DNA of 63,916 nt, counting the filler, from Craspedostauros australis (lineage: Eukaryota), in NCBI GenBank assembly GCA_030167865.1. It is 10 parts of 10 records of this genome, joined end to end, with 100 filler letters (N's around TTAATTAATTAA, not from the genome) between each part and the next. Parts side by side here need not be neighbours in the genome. Positions count along the whole stretch, not along the records: positions 7,636 to 21,755 come from JALAGF010003882.1; positions 21,856 to 25,312 come from JALAGF010003885.1; 8 more parts are not named here. One strand, written 5' to 3'. Position numbers and translations under genes: made by a program. The notes beneath the pieces were generated by a model, which worked only from the letters and a program-made list of their open reading frames with translations, was not told the DNA's origin and did not search any database. Below are positions 11,513 through 24,104 of this stretch, piece after piece; position 1 is the first letter of the stretch, and every line of letters begins with the position of its first letter.

Positions 11513-12544
11513 TCACATGACAGAACATCCAACATCCGCGCTCATGCCGTTGAACGGTTTGTAAACACGGCCGTTGGAGCCTTTGGACATGCCCATTAGT
11601 TCATCCTCTTCCTGCTGACGCTCCAGAGTCTGCCGGTCGGTGCGACGCGAGTGAAGATCCACCACTACCTTCTTCTTGCGATTCAGCACATTCTTGGCGT
11701 CGGACAGGTAGCCCTCCTCGTAATTGAACTGCACCGTCGGAGGACCCTGCTCAGCTTTGGAGTAGGGATTCTTTTCGTACGAATTGCTGCTATACGTGTT
11801 GTGACTGCTCTTGTCGGACGTATCATGATCGAACGTGAATCCTTTCCCCAGCGGAGAGTGGTAGTCGAAATCACCGCGCTTCTTGGCTCTGGCGTATGCT
11901 CTCTTTACCGAGTCTCTGTACATGCCATCCCCGTAGTGCATATCGTAGTGCTTCTGCGCGTCGTTCCATTTGCCATCCGGCGGTGCGTGCGGCGTGTAGA
12001 CCTTGCGGTAATTGGGCGGTGGCGCGTGGCGGCGATTCTTGTTGTGCCAACCGTGCGGCACGCGGTCTCCCCATACGTTCGCCATGTCGTACTGTCGCCG
12101 CCGCTCATTGTCGATGAGGATATTGTACGCCTCCGACGCCTCCTGGAATGCCTTCGTCTTGGCTCTGTCACCCTTGTGCCGGTCCGGATGCAACGACAGC
12201 GCCAGTTTGCGGTACGCTATCTTTATTTCGGCGGTGGTTGCCGTCCTGGAAGAGAGAGAGAGAGAGAGAGAGGGAAGAGGATGCATAGTATGGGTGGAGA
12301 ATCGCAAGCATGGAGGTGCGAGTATTGGTGCAGAAAGAGAGGAGTTGCGGTGACGCATCAGTATGGTTGTTCGATTGCAACATCCCGCGAGTACCCATCT
12401 TGCAGAGTACATGGAGTGTTGAACGAGTAGTCTAACTCGACACAATCGCCATTGACTCCATACAATGCATCAACGGTGGCAACAAGCAGCTGCTCACCTC
12501 GATATCCTGAGGATCTTGTAGAAGTCTCTGGTTTTCGTCGACAT
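11513..12544 (-). CDS. DnaJ (J-domain) protein; intron 12246-12497
   Basis: Exon 1 [15 protein letters not shown], then AG|GTGAG donor, (CT)n tract and TCCAG acceptor. Splicing restores [24 protein letters not shown]...[11 protein letters not shown]...RRRQYD with an intact HPD motif. Confidence 0.92.
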
Positions 12545-13632
12545 CTTTTACAGAGTGCTCGTATTGGTATGACGATGCGTTGCTGTGTATTTGTGAACTT
12601 GAAAGTGGATGGACGAGTACAATATATAATATAATAGATCGGAGCAGAGCAGTCTCCAGACAAGAAGCTGAGAAGCTGGGAAGCTGACACCTGCAGATCT
12701 TCGTGATCGCAGAGATGTCTCTTGACTGTCGTTGCTGACGTTGTTGTTGCTATTGCGCCTGTTGACGCTGATGATGGACTATGACAACCACCCAGCAGAT
12801 CCTTGAGTGGTGAAGGTCAATACGGACACGGATGCAGCTGTTGATGTGAATGCCGATGGTGGAGTGTTGATGGGCGTCCTCGTTGGCTTGCAATCACTCT
12901 CATTCGTGCCCTTCTCCCAAGTGAGGTATTGGAAGCATCCACTTCGTTCTGCACATCGGATTGGCTGTCGTCATTGCGTTTTTCCTCGATGTCGGTTCTC
13001 GTTGTTGTCAGCGTTGTCGCCAGCGTTGTTTGTGCTTGCTCAGCTCTCCACATGGTGTTTGTGTTCGTTTTGTCTCTTTTGTGTGTGTCACTCCGATGAT
13101 TCATTCACGAACACGCGATTAGTGTCTCAACCAACAACCATTCCCGCGAGTGTCGATAAATTCGATCGAAATTGAGCGATGCACATGGAGAATTCTCTCA
13201 AAACGTGCGCCGTGACATGGTTTCGGCGATCGGTGCTCACAATTTGTGCTTCGTGATTGCATCGCGTGCGCAGTGACAACGCAAGAGTGGAATTTCATGC
13301 TCGATTGCAAATGGAAGCCTGAAACGAAATTCATGTCGCTCTCGTCCGTTTCAACCGTTGTGCAGCTCTCGTTTCGCACAAAGCGATAAAGGTCCACGCT
13401 CCGTGTTGCGCACAACAGGAAGCCGACTTCGTGTTTGCATCATCATTTGTGAAAGACGAGCTGGAGACCAACACCAATTTCCTGATCGATTCATGCGCCC
13501 GAACGAAGACAAAGGCAAGACACTTCCGTTGTGACAGCGCCTGGTTGACAAGGACATCAAAGTCGACCCACGGGCAATCAACCTCACTCACAAACCAAAA
13601 CGAACCAAAACGAACCAACAACAACACTGACA

Positions 13633-15607
13633 ATGACATCCATCCGCCGACGAGACTCGCTGACCCCGATGACGGTGCTTGGTGCCAACCTGACGCCAGG
13701 AACGGTGGCTTCAATGCCTCTATCTCCAGGATCCGCGACATCGTCGTCATCGTCATCATCATCCATGACACAAGCAACGTCTCCAACGAACAGCGTCAAG
13801 GAGAATTGCTCTCGGCAGATGCGGTCGCCGTTCGGAGCAATGTCGGCCTCTCGCCGATCCAGCGCGCCGGTGGTCTTCCGAAGCGTTGACAACATCAACA
13901 CTGGTGCCATCAGTAGTTCTCTCAACAGCAGCATCAACAACAGCAACAATGCAGCAATCGCAGGAGGAAAGTCGAAGCACAGTGCGACAACACCGCTGCG
14001 CAAGTCCACGATGGGTTCAACTGGTCCAACATCCAGGTCGGTGTTTCCGTCGCCACGCGTGTCTGCAAGGAGCAAGTCCGACACCTTCACTCGTGAGCTC
14101 GATGCAGCGCACGTTCTCAGCAGCAACAACGCCAGAAATGGCAGCAATCCAAGCCATTGGCAGAATGCTACAGCTCCACGGCAACGAATCTCGACAGCTA
14201 CAAACGGGAACGTCGCGAATGGCGCCGCGACGAGTGCTGCTTCATTGCCGCTGGCAATTCCGCATCGCAAACCATGCATGAACGCACCCTCATCTTTCCA
14301 CCAAAGTCGACAACAGCAGCAGAGTCGGTCCACGCCAACCAGCGCGATGAGCATCATGGCCGTGTTGAAATACCTGCCTGCTATGCTGCTGATGACATTG
14401 CCGTGGATCCCAACTTCCGAGCTTTCCGCAACGGTCGCAACCAAACAAGATGAATCATTCCGTCTGCACCTTGAACATAATGAGGTGCTGTCCAAGCTGG
14501 AGAAGCTCACGCACGACATGCACGAGAAGGAACGACAGCGCCAGCAGCTGGAACGAACCAATCATGCCTTGTTCCAAGCCTTGCATCCCAAGATCTCCGC
14601 CGAGCTGTTGGCGCAAGAAAAGTACTCCGAGCTGGAACGTGTCGAAACCGCCATGCTGGGACGCATCGACGGCATGGAGAAGCAGATTCAGGACAGCGCA
14701 CGTCGCAAGATGGAGCAGCGGTACGTCCATTGGAGGCTGATTGTTGTCGTGATCAATTGTTGGTGTTGCTGGCTTTCTTGCTTGAGGGCTGTATGATTGT
14801 TCGTTTTATCGAACTGTTCTAACCTTCCTCGCTTCACCACCTTCGCACGCAACTTTCATTTGAAATGGCATCACCCTTGCGAATCCTTGAAACAACTACA
14901 CTGATACACACTGCAGATTTGGCAGGGGTCCGTATCATATCGAGATGATGGTCCGCAAAGCAGAAGGGGGCATTCTGTCTGGCCAATTGCACAAGGTGGT
15001 TCTGGAGACGGCGCTCACCACCGAAATGCCACACGCCATCCACCATTTCCTTCAGATGATCGACACAACGCTATGGGAAGGCATGACGCTGATGAAGGGT
15101 GACATGCGCCATGCATCATCATTATCATCACCATCCACAATCACGGTGACGCCCATGAAGTTCGTATCAACATCAGGCGGACAGCAGCAGCATCACACAA
15201 GCGGGCAGAGTAGCAAAGCAGCAACTGCGATGCCCACCTTGGCGAATCGCAGAGTGTTGGGAGATGGCATCGCAGAATTGCAGTCAGCGCGACAGCAGTT
15301 CGTTGATGCCGAGCTCACCCATCTCGCATTCGAAGAGTTCTCAGACACGTTCCCTCCACCACATCACAACCGAAGGTATTCCGTGGCATTCCCATCCCAC
15401 AGCGGGCCGGATTGGACCATCCAGATGGATGAGGATGACACCAGCAAAAGCAGCAACAGCCACCGCAATCACATGTCCACCTTTGCGATGGTCGTCGAAG
15501 GAAGTCACGTACTGGAAGAGTTCGTGTCATCGCCCTCAGCTGCGGAGACCGCATTGGATGGCAGCGGCGACTCTGTCCTCGTCATTCACAGCATCAAGAT
15601 GCTGTAG
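13633..15607 (+). CDS. Membrane-anchored coiled-coil protein with degenerate cyclophilin-like C-terminal domain; intron 14721-14916
   Basis: Ser-rich N-terminus, hydrophobic segment IMAVLKYLPAMLLMTLPWI and coiled coil. Spliced RFGRGPYHIEM...EMPHAIHHFLQMI...LAFEEFSDTFP...YSVAF...GPDW...FAMVVEG matches the cyclophilin-like fold of a diatom-expanded family. Confidence 0.75.
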
Positions 15608-16028
15608 AGCAGACCCGCCACAAAGAGTGTGGTGAATGCTCCGATCGTTCGGCAAAAGCTAACATGGAAAACGAGCGCAAGCATCTTACCGCACCAGAGG
15701 ATGAAGCCGTCCTCTCTTCGAGACAAGTCAGCGCTGAGTGCGAGATAGAGAGGTCCCAGCTAAGCTAGGCCACGAAGCAAACTAAATTAATGCAAGACGA
15801 TAGAAACGACTCTTCTCTCCAACGTATCAAGTCTCAACGCGATACCATGTCATGGTCAATACCTGTGCTAACTTGCAGATGCAAGGAATGTGCTGTACAT
15901 AAATACATTTATTAATTGACATTGGCCGGGGCTCATTTCGTTTGTCTCTCTCTCTCCCTCTCGTTGCCCCTCCCTATTCGCATGGCCAACCTCTCCTGTC
16001 TGATACGTCCTGTATCATGCACCTTGCG

Positions 16029-16805
16029 TTATCTATTCGGCAGCTGCCGCAGGAAGTAGAAGATGGACGAAGCATCGAGGTTGTGGAGGAAGTGCGGCAA
16101 TAGCGCTGGCATGTGATAGATCAACGCCAGCTGGGATCTGCCCTGCCGGTTGGCCTTGACCAGGAATTGTATCCGATTGTAGTCCTCCAGCGGCACGTTC
16201 GGATTCCAATCCATCTTCAATCGAAGGAGGGTGGTGTTGCATCCCTCAAGGGCATCTACCAACGCTGCCGAGGCCTGCGGTCCCAAATCGTTGAAGGATA
16301 TGTCCAGCTCTCGCAGAGTCGAATTGCATTTCAGCATCCGCGCCAGCGCCACACCGCCTTCGTCGCCAATCTGATTGTCCTTCAACTGCAGCACCCTGAG
16401 TGTTGTGTTGTGACGCAGTCCATGTGCCACGGCCATCGCCGATTGCGCGTCGATGCGGTTGTAATCCATGTGCAGTTCCACGAGCTGATTGTTCGTCTCG
16501 AGCGCGATGCCCAGAGCCGACATGTTCTGAATCTCATTGTAGGACAGGTGAAGGACCTTCAAGGATGGGTGGCTGGACAGCACGACGCCTGTCAACGGCA
16601 GTAGGCATCGATCTGATAGATGGATGAGGGCTGATGTGAGGTTGATGACCTCGATCTCCTCGTTTTCGTTGAGAGCCTCCACCAACGCCTCGAGGCAGGC
16701 TCTGTCCAACCGACGGATGTTGAGGTTGAGATTGAGGATCTTGCAATCGGTGGCCTTCAGCCGATAACACTGTTCCTGCAACCAGTTGGGAATGACGACA
16801 GACAT
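16029..16805 (-). CDS. RNI-like leucine-rich repeat protein (NLRC3/RanGAP-type LRRs)
   Basis: Roughly 28-aa repeats: LKVLHLSYNEI, LVELHMDYNRI, LRVLQLKDNQIGDEG, LRELDISFNDL. Confidence 0.9.
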   Translation of the reverse strand: MSVVIPNWLQEQCYRLKATDCKILNLNLNIRRLDRACLEALVEALNENEEIEVINLTSALIHLSDRCLLPLTGVVLSSHPSLKVLHLSYNEIQNMSALGIALETNNQLVELHMDYNRIDAQSAMAVAHGLRHNTTLRVLQLKDNQIGDEGGVALARMLKCNSTLRELDISFNDLGPQASAALVDALEGCNTTLLRLKMDWNPNVPLEDYNRIQFLVKANRQGRSQLALIYHMPALLPHFLHNLDASSIFYFLRQLPNR

Positions 16806-18782
16806 ATCGCTGGTTGGAAATGTTGAGAGTTGGTTTTCGAAGAAGATGCGGATGGAAGATGTCTTGGGATTGTGCCTTCGTTGATATCTTTACTTGTGTG
16901 CTTGCTTGTTTGACTTCACCAATGCTTCCTCTTTGTGTTTCATGCTCCGCTTGATGTCAATACTCACACCTCTACCATCATCGTGTGCTGTCTCTGTCAC
17001 TGTTGGTCTGGATGTTGGTCTGTACCCTCATGCGGATGTTGACACTGCAGATTTGCGAGTACGACCTGTGTGGTTGATGGCTCTGAGACGTTGATGTGTT
17101 TGCGTCCGTGCTTGTGGCGGAACAATTGAGAAAAAATGACACGGATCGTGGTCTTAATGGAATTTGGATGGTGGATGTTCGATTGTTCTTTTTCGACATC
17201 TGATTGTCCAATCAGAATCGCTGATGTTGTCTTGACGATTGACTACCGCGATCATCGCGCAATTCCCACTATTGCTCTAATAGTCACCTGAAACGTCTGT
17301 ACATAACACGTGTGGACACCGAAATAAATGGCCTGACGCCACCTCATCGAAACAATGAAGGCAAATAGGCTACTCCAGACAGATGACGTGTGGGCTTCAT
17401 CATGGTTCACCGTTGTGATCTTTTGTGCTGTCCTGGGAAAAGTCTGGAGCAAATCGTCAAACGTGAACCTTGGCGCTGTGATGGAACCAACCAACAAAAA
17501 CACGGCCACAACACTCGTGATGAACTGAAAGAAACAATGTCGCGTGGGATTAGTCGTACACATGCAGTACGAGGACGGCGATCGTACTGCGTGAGCTGCA
17601 CGTCTGTGCGCTGTGCCGTGTAATGACTCGGTGATACGGATACAACACGCGCGAGCACAGCACCCGCAGCACCCACAGCATAAGAGCGGAAGTGGGAGCA
17701 CTCCACGACACGACACAACACGACGAAGAGCTGATTCAGTCGAGATTTCGCCATGACATCGGTCACCACCGCTCAAACCCTCCATCCCATACCATCCCAA
17801 ACTCAACAAAACAAAACGAAACTAAAAGAAATCAAACACAAGGAGAGTTTCTCATGAGAGCACGCCCATACTCCTCCTATTCTGCACGAATAGGGAATTG
17901 ATATTAGCCGTAATGCGCAAGGTGCATTCACCGGTGATGTGGTCGTGACACACAAAGCAATGTTGGCTCGGGCTTGATTGCGGTGCCATCCTGTGTTGTG
18001 CAACTGACCATCCTGGTTCACAAGGTATCGACACACTCCACCATCTTCGCCAACGGAATTCTACGTGGCGATTTATGAGTGAATGTTGGTGTGCGATCTT
18101 CCCGTTTCTTCGGTGTGGGCGTATCAGTGACTTTTTGATCGCAGCGAACGGTGAGCAAAGTTCGAGGGCAACAAAAGTGCCAGAAGCACAAGGACATATT
18201 TTTTATCGTGACATATCGCAAGGCGCTTTGCGTGTTGGATATAGTATGCTTCGAGCAATGACATAGACAGGGCTATTCAATACGCATCAACGTGTCTGAT
18301 GGACAAGGAGAAATTGGATTCGCGCGCAGTGAGTTCGTTGGTGGTGAAGCAAACTGCCCCAGCTCCAATGGATTTGCAACAAGATCAAAGGCTCAAAAGC
18401 CTCCGTGGTGCCGCATACCTTTCGTCGACGATCTCACTCACTCAATCGCATCTATCTATTCTCATTTTTTGAACGGTAGAACGCAAACTTCGCAAGGTGC
18501 GAGCTACCGGCGTTGATTCCGTCGTCAGCGTGATAGTTGTGTGAGGTGCGAACATACTTGGTGTTGTTGTCGAGTTCCTCTTCGCTTGGAGATGAGCGAC
18601 AATACGCGCCAGTTGCATGTTCGGTAGTTGTTGGTTGAGGCATTCGACTCACACAGGACACCATGAAACCTCTCTGATTCGAAATCTTGCACAGATCCGA
18701 CACAATTCCCTCATTCGCACAATTTCGAGCATCGCACACGACGCAGACAAAAGCAACAGCACAGCACAACACAACAGCAACC

Positions 18783-20048
18783 ATGGTCTCCTTCCTCAAA
18801 TCCTCCACCTCCGCTGTCGCGCTTGCTGCGTTCACCGCCTTGGCCTCCGTCGCCGCCGAGCCCCACGCAGATGAACATGAGACCCCAAAGGCCTACAAGG
18901 CCGTGATCACCGAGATCCCAGGCAGCAACTCCGGTGTCGCCGGTATCGTCACCGTCTTTTCTTCCACGGATGAGACTACTGTCGGTTACGGTGGCTTCCT
19001 GACCGGTCTTGAGGCCAGCCTCGAGGCTTCGTCCGCCGCCTGTTCTGCCACCAACGGCTGCGGTGTGCACGTGCATTCCGGCATGAGCTGCGCCAACGCC
19101 ACTGCACAGGGCGGGCACTACTTCGTTGATCCTGTCATGGAGGATCCATGGGCTGATGCCCGCTACACCTCCGATGCCGAGGGCAAGGCCACCTTCGCTA
19201 ACATGCGCAGCATCGGAACCGACGACCTTGAGGGACGTCCATTCATTGGTAAGTGCGATATCACCAGTGCCGATGATTGTGATGTGGTTGCCGTTGCCCG
19301 TGAATGATTGTGGCTTCCAGTCACCCACTCCTTCCTCATTTCGCATTGCTCACTCCTCGCATCCCCATCGTTCTCTCTCTCTATTCCAACTGCCTACCTG
19401 GTTCTGCTCCACTGCTGCAAACCTCACGCAACAACAGTCCACGCCGCCGACGGAAGCCGCGTCGGATGCGGCCTCTTGACCGCTGTCGCCAAGGCTGACA
19501 CCCTCCCAACCGAGCTGGAGGCCCTGACCGACGCCGGGGTGAACGGAACCGTCAATGCCGTCGCAATTGACGAGAACAAGGCCATCTGCTATTTCGGCGA
19601 CGCCAACAAGCTCGAGGCCAACCTCAAGTCCATCCACGCCGATGATGGCACCGCCACCTCCGCCGCAACCGACTGCACCGCCAAGAACGGATGCGGAACC
19701 CACGTCCACGCTGGAATGGACTGCACCAACTCCACCATGCAGATGGGACACTACTACAACATGGACATGCTGACGGCCGATCCATGGGCCATCATCGGTT
19801 ACGAAGCCACCACCGACGCTGGCTTCGCCCACTACGTCGGATGCGTCGAGACCGGACACACCGAATACAAGGGCAAGGCCTTCATCGTCCACGCCAACGA
19901 CGGAAGCCGCGTTGCCTGCGGTCTTATGGGAGAGGAAGACCATGACAGTCACGACAGCGATGAGTCCGCCGCCACAGCACGCTCCTCGCAGATGGTTGCC
20001 CTCGTCGTAACTGCCGCTGCTGGAATCCTCTCCCTCGTCGCTCTGTAA
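18783..20048 (+). CDS. Secreted, probably GPI-anchored protein with two tandem Cu/Zn-SOD-fold (Cu-only-SOD-like) domains; intron 19249-19437
   Basis: Signal peptide MVSFLKSSTSAVALAAFTALASVAA. Each domain has GxHVHxG, C-x6-7-GHY and IVHAxDGSRVxCG. Hydrophobic C-tail VALVVTAAAGILSLVAL. GTAAGT/CAG splicing restores FIVHA. Confidence 0.85.
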
Positions 20049-21414
20049 GCCACTCTCGCTTGCGGTAAGTTCAAGAACAGCATGGTGCATACATCCATCT
20101 CTATCATTCCGCCCACATGGGGAACATCAATACTGATTCACAGGAAGTATAATAGGAATCCACTTTGTACAATACACAAGCACACATTTATTCCAACACC
20201 GCTCCCTCTCGAGAGAGCACAATACAACAATGCCCCACGCGCAAATTGTGCCTGTGCACGTGCAATAGCAGGCATTGTACTTTTTGGAGTATCGTGCTGT
20301 CATGCGTGTCGAGCGCCACGCTCTTGAATGGATGGATGTGCTGGTCTGTTGTGTTCTTCGTTTCATCCTGGCGCGGATTTGTGTTCGTGTGCGTTGCGAT
20401 GTGGTGCGATCTTGAAACGTCCTTCTGAATCATGAGTGCACTCAACTTCAATTCGAAATACGAATGGTGTACATGTTTAGGCTTCTTTGTGAGTTGCGCG
20501 CAAGCAGAGATACATGTGAAACCGTTGAGATGGCGTTGCGAAGAGAACACGGACGCGATCACAAGGGAAGCCGGCAGTAGAGCACACCAACGCACAGGTG
20601 CGATACGATAAGACTCATAATCTGCATCCTTATGGATCTTACACCTTAATTTGGGTTCAATGCTTGTCATGACTTGGTTTATCATATCCATCTGCTCATG
20701 TGAGCACGTGCAAGTATGCAGGGACCGCCCGAAGAGGCGACGAAGATACTGGGGCCGCTCTCCGAGGGTGGACCGTCACCATTCCGGCACTACTTGTATT
20801 GTGCTGCATCCCCTTTGACCATGATGTTCTGATGCATAATGACCGGTGTCGGAGGGATGTAATCCCATCGTTCGCTTTTGCGAGGTGTGGATGACAAACA
20901 GTGGACGCACCGACGGTAGGTCATATTAGGTCAAAAGTCTATATTCACCTTAGTATACGTCTAATCTTGTTCTCCATGGAATGCGTCAGGTCACGCATAG
21001 AACTATTGGTCCTGAACCGTTTTCTCTTTCTCTGTTGACATCATTTACTGCAACCTCTGACGGTCCTCAGATACCTGTCTTGGTGTCTGAGGATGGTGGC
21101 AAGCCAATACATGGACGTCAGGCCCTGACTGTCATCATCCTTATGTGCACATGAACATGTATGTCTGCATCCCTGTGGATCCACCTTCACAGGGCATGTC
21201 TACTGTCTTGATGAGTGAACATATCTGAGCATCTTGGCTCAGATATAAGGCTCAGCAATCCCATCAAAATTGGCAAGATCGCATTTCTGCAATGATTGGA
21301 TTTGTTGTTGGGATGTATATGTGTATGTGCATTGCTCACCCATTATCCTTCTACCCGCCATACAAGTGATGTTGATATATATTCGATCTACGAGCAACAA
21401 CCAGATGAAACACA

Positions 21415-21755
21415 TCACAGACTTGGTATATTAGCGCACGCTAAATCTCTAACAATAGCGACACCCGTCGACCAATCAGAAATCTCCACTTTTCTTACCT
21501 TTTCCGTTCCGAANNNNNNNNNNNNNNNNNNNNNNNNNNNNNNNNNNNNNNNNNNNNNNNNNNNNNNNNNNNNNNNNNNNNNNNNNNNNNNNNNNNNNNN
21601 NNNNNNNNNNNNNNNNNNNNNNNNNNNNNNNNNNNNNNNNNNNCCAATCAGGACAGACTTGGATCTTGGGTGTGACACGTGCGAATCTTGTCCTGACCTT
21701 CTCAAGTGAATACGATCAATCGTGTGATCGTACTACTAGCAACATCGTGAGAAGA
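21415..21755 (-). mobile_element. Second copy of the repeat at 4490-4845, interrupted by a 130-N scaffold gap (21514-21643)
   Basis: CTAACAATAGCGACACCCGTCGACCAATCAGAA and CCAATCAGGACAGAC...TCCTGACCTTCTCAAGTGA match the reverse complements of 4775-4812 and 4540-4605. Confidence 0.7.
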
Positions 21756-21966
21756 NNNNNNNNNNNNNNNNNNNNNNNNNNNNNNNNNNNNNNNNNNNNT
21801 TAATTAATTAANNNNNNNNNNNNNNNNNNNNNNNNNNNNNNNNNNNNNNNNNNNNACCACAGCAGGAGCGAAGGCACAAACGCAGGCATCAGAGATCTCA
21901 AGCAGAGAAAGCAAACAAAGGCAACGGCAATCAATCGACTTCTGTTCGGAGTCACTAACATTCACA

Positions 21967-23214
21967 ATGGCAAGCCTCACCTGGTGTCCAATAACATCAC
22001 GGATGCTTTGCCTCTCCATCCTGGAAATCAAGAAGACACCAGGTCGGTTCAACGGAGAATGGCCGCTCGTCATTGAGGAATTCAACAGGCGGATCAACGA
22101 ATACAACGAAAGAATGGCCCGAGAAGAGACGAGCGGAGGCAGCACCAACACCAGCGATGCTGAAGCAGCGGCTGGTCGAAGACTGCCCCGCTCAACACAA
22201 GACAGTGTCAGGGGCTTCTTCTCCATCGTAAGGCGCAGCATTGTCGAACTCCGCAAGTGCCGTCCATCCACCCCTCACCTTTCTAAAGATGCCGAACTCC
22301 AATGGATTGCAGATTGTAGGAAATCATCTCGTGGCGCACTCAAAAACCGTTTCGTAAGTATTGAGACCCTCGTCGAGTGCTGGGACATCCTCAAAGATGC
22401 TCCGCAGATTGCTGAAATCTCCCCGCCTGCATCTGTCCAAGCCAGGTCCAGTTCACAACCACCGCCCCACCGTCTACACACCGTGTCATCCAATCAGGCG
22501 CAGATATCTACAGTTGCTCGCAGCCAATGCAACGATCAATCTTCATCCCAAGATGATCAGGATAGCAACGACGATGATAGTGATGACAGCGATTATTGGG
22601 ATGAAAGCGAATCAGAAGATGCCAGCATTCACGCCGTCACTCCACCACGTACCGGCGGTGAGTCAGTGTCCGCAAGTATTGGCAGCATCAGGACCGACGA
22701 TACCAAAGACACCATCGATCGCCATAGCAGAGATAATCAACCAAATCGAAACCGAAAGCATCCAAGGTGCGGACGCACAATTGTCAGCATCCGACGAAAG
22801 AAACGCAGACATTGCGATCAGCCTGCCATCGCTGAAACTCACCGTATCTGCAATACAAGTGACAGTTGCAGCCAAATCGATGGTGTTGATGGAAACAACG
22901 GAGGCGCATTGTTCAACAATGTTGAGGCTGCTGGGGCTGGCCGCGCCTCTCCTCGTCGCCGTTCACGTCGCGGTTCTCGAAGCAACATCTCCAGAAGCAC
23001 TCGCAAGACTCCTCATCTTCGCAGCCCGCCCCCTCTAGTGAGCGAGGGTACCAAGACCATGAAGTTGCTTCAGCGCAAGATCCAGGTGGCTGAGCTCGAA
23101 CACGCCTACAGCAAAATGCAACTCAAGAAGCTGAAGCTCGAGCTCGAGATTGAGAAGAAGAAACAAGAGCTGAACCGGGTACGCGGAGATAGATCCTTCT
23201 TGGAGTGGGACTAG
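21967..23214 (+). CDS. Myb/SANT-like, NAM-associated-like putative DNA-binding protein (Harbinger ORF1-like), paralog 1
   Basis: 415-aa intronless ORF. W...LCLSILEI...W...FN N-domain, ECWDILKDAPQ motif, acidic/basic disordered middle with IRRKKRR NLS and C-terminal coiled coil. Confidence 0.7.
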   Translation: MASLTWCPITSRMLCLSILEIKKTPGRFNGEWPLVIEEFNRRINEYNERMAREETSGGSTNTSDAEAAAGRRLPRSTQDSVRGFFSIVRRSIVELRKCRPSTPHLSKDAELQWIADCRKSSRGALKNRFVSIETLVECWDILKDAPQIAEISPPASVQARSSSQPPPHRLHTVSSNQAQISTVARSQCNDQSSSQDDQDSNDDDSDDSDYWDESESEDASIHAVTPPRTGGESVSASIGSIRTDDTKDTIDRHSRDNQPNRNRKHPRCGRTIVSIRRKKRRHCDQPAIAETHRICNTSDSCSQIDGVDGNNGGALFNNVEAAGAGRASPRRRSRRGSRSNISRSTRKTPHLRSPPPLVSEGTKTMKLLQRKIQVAELEHAYSKMQLKKLKLELEIEKKKQELNRVRGDRSFLEWD

Positions 23215-24104
23215 CGGGTGGCCAGCTTGCCACATGCATTTATACATGTACGCATACAAGCATGAACGAGGAAATTCAAGATGTGAGAAAGACGTCGGAT
23301 CCGGGTGGACTACTCGCATTTGCACTTGTGGAGAGTTCGTAGAGCGTCGGATGTGCGGGCATCTGCCCTGTCGTTCTTCGATCACTGTGGCCTCGCGCTG
23401 GCACGAGTTGTGGGCTTTCATCATGTTGCTGTTTCGTCCTGTGTTACATACTCCTGTTCCATAATACATATCTCTAGCGCGCTGGAAAGATCTTTGGCTT
23501 GGTGGACACTGGGGGGCAGGCGTTGTCGTACATATGTAGCATATTTTATTGGTGGTGCTCAATGAATGCAGCTATGGTACAATTCAAATCGGAAGAAACG
23601 GCGCGATGCGTGGAATGGTTCTGGAAGTGGTTTCTGGTCCATTGAATCGAGCGGGTGTCATCCCATTCATGAAAGTACGCGCGAAGGAGACGAGAAGGAG
23701 CGTCGCAGGTGCAAAAAAAAAATGCGCTCCTCCCACCGCATCAACGCACATTCGCAGCATCACAAAACAACGCAAACCAATGCCGCCAACCGCCAATCCA
23801 AAAGAGGCGCTGCATTCAAACGGACATAGGTACACTCCTCGCAAGATGGCATCAATGCCAACACGTCCAGTGCCAAGTGCAGCATCAGCAACAGAAGCAG
23901 CCTGAGAGACATCACACCATCGTTGTGTCGTCGATTCTTCGGCTTCACCCTTCCAACACTATCTTCCAACCATCCTCGGACTGTCATTCAACAACTGAGC
24001 CGAAGAACCGAGCCAGAAGAATCAGAGACGAGAGTGTAGTCGCATAGTAAGCCATCAGAGCAGATATATTTGCCTGCAAACCAAAAGTCCACTTCTTGTC
24101 CACG

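Noticed and set aside
12246..12445. N-terminal extension of DnaJ in the ORF track (SLSLSL)
   Set aside because: Intron sequence with a (CT)n polypyrimidine tract; the real exon 1 is 12498-12544.
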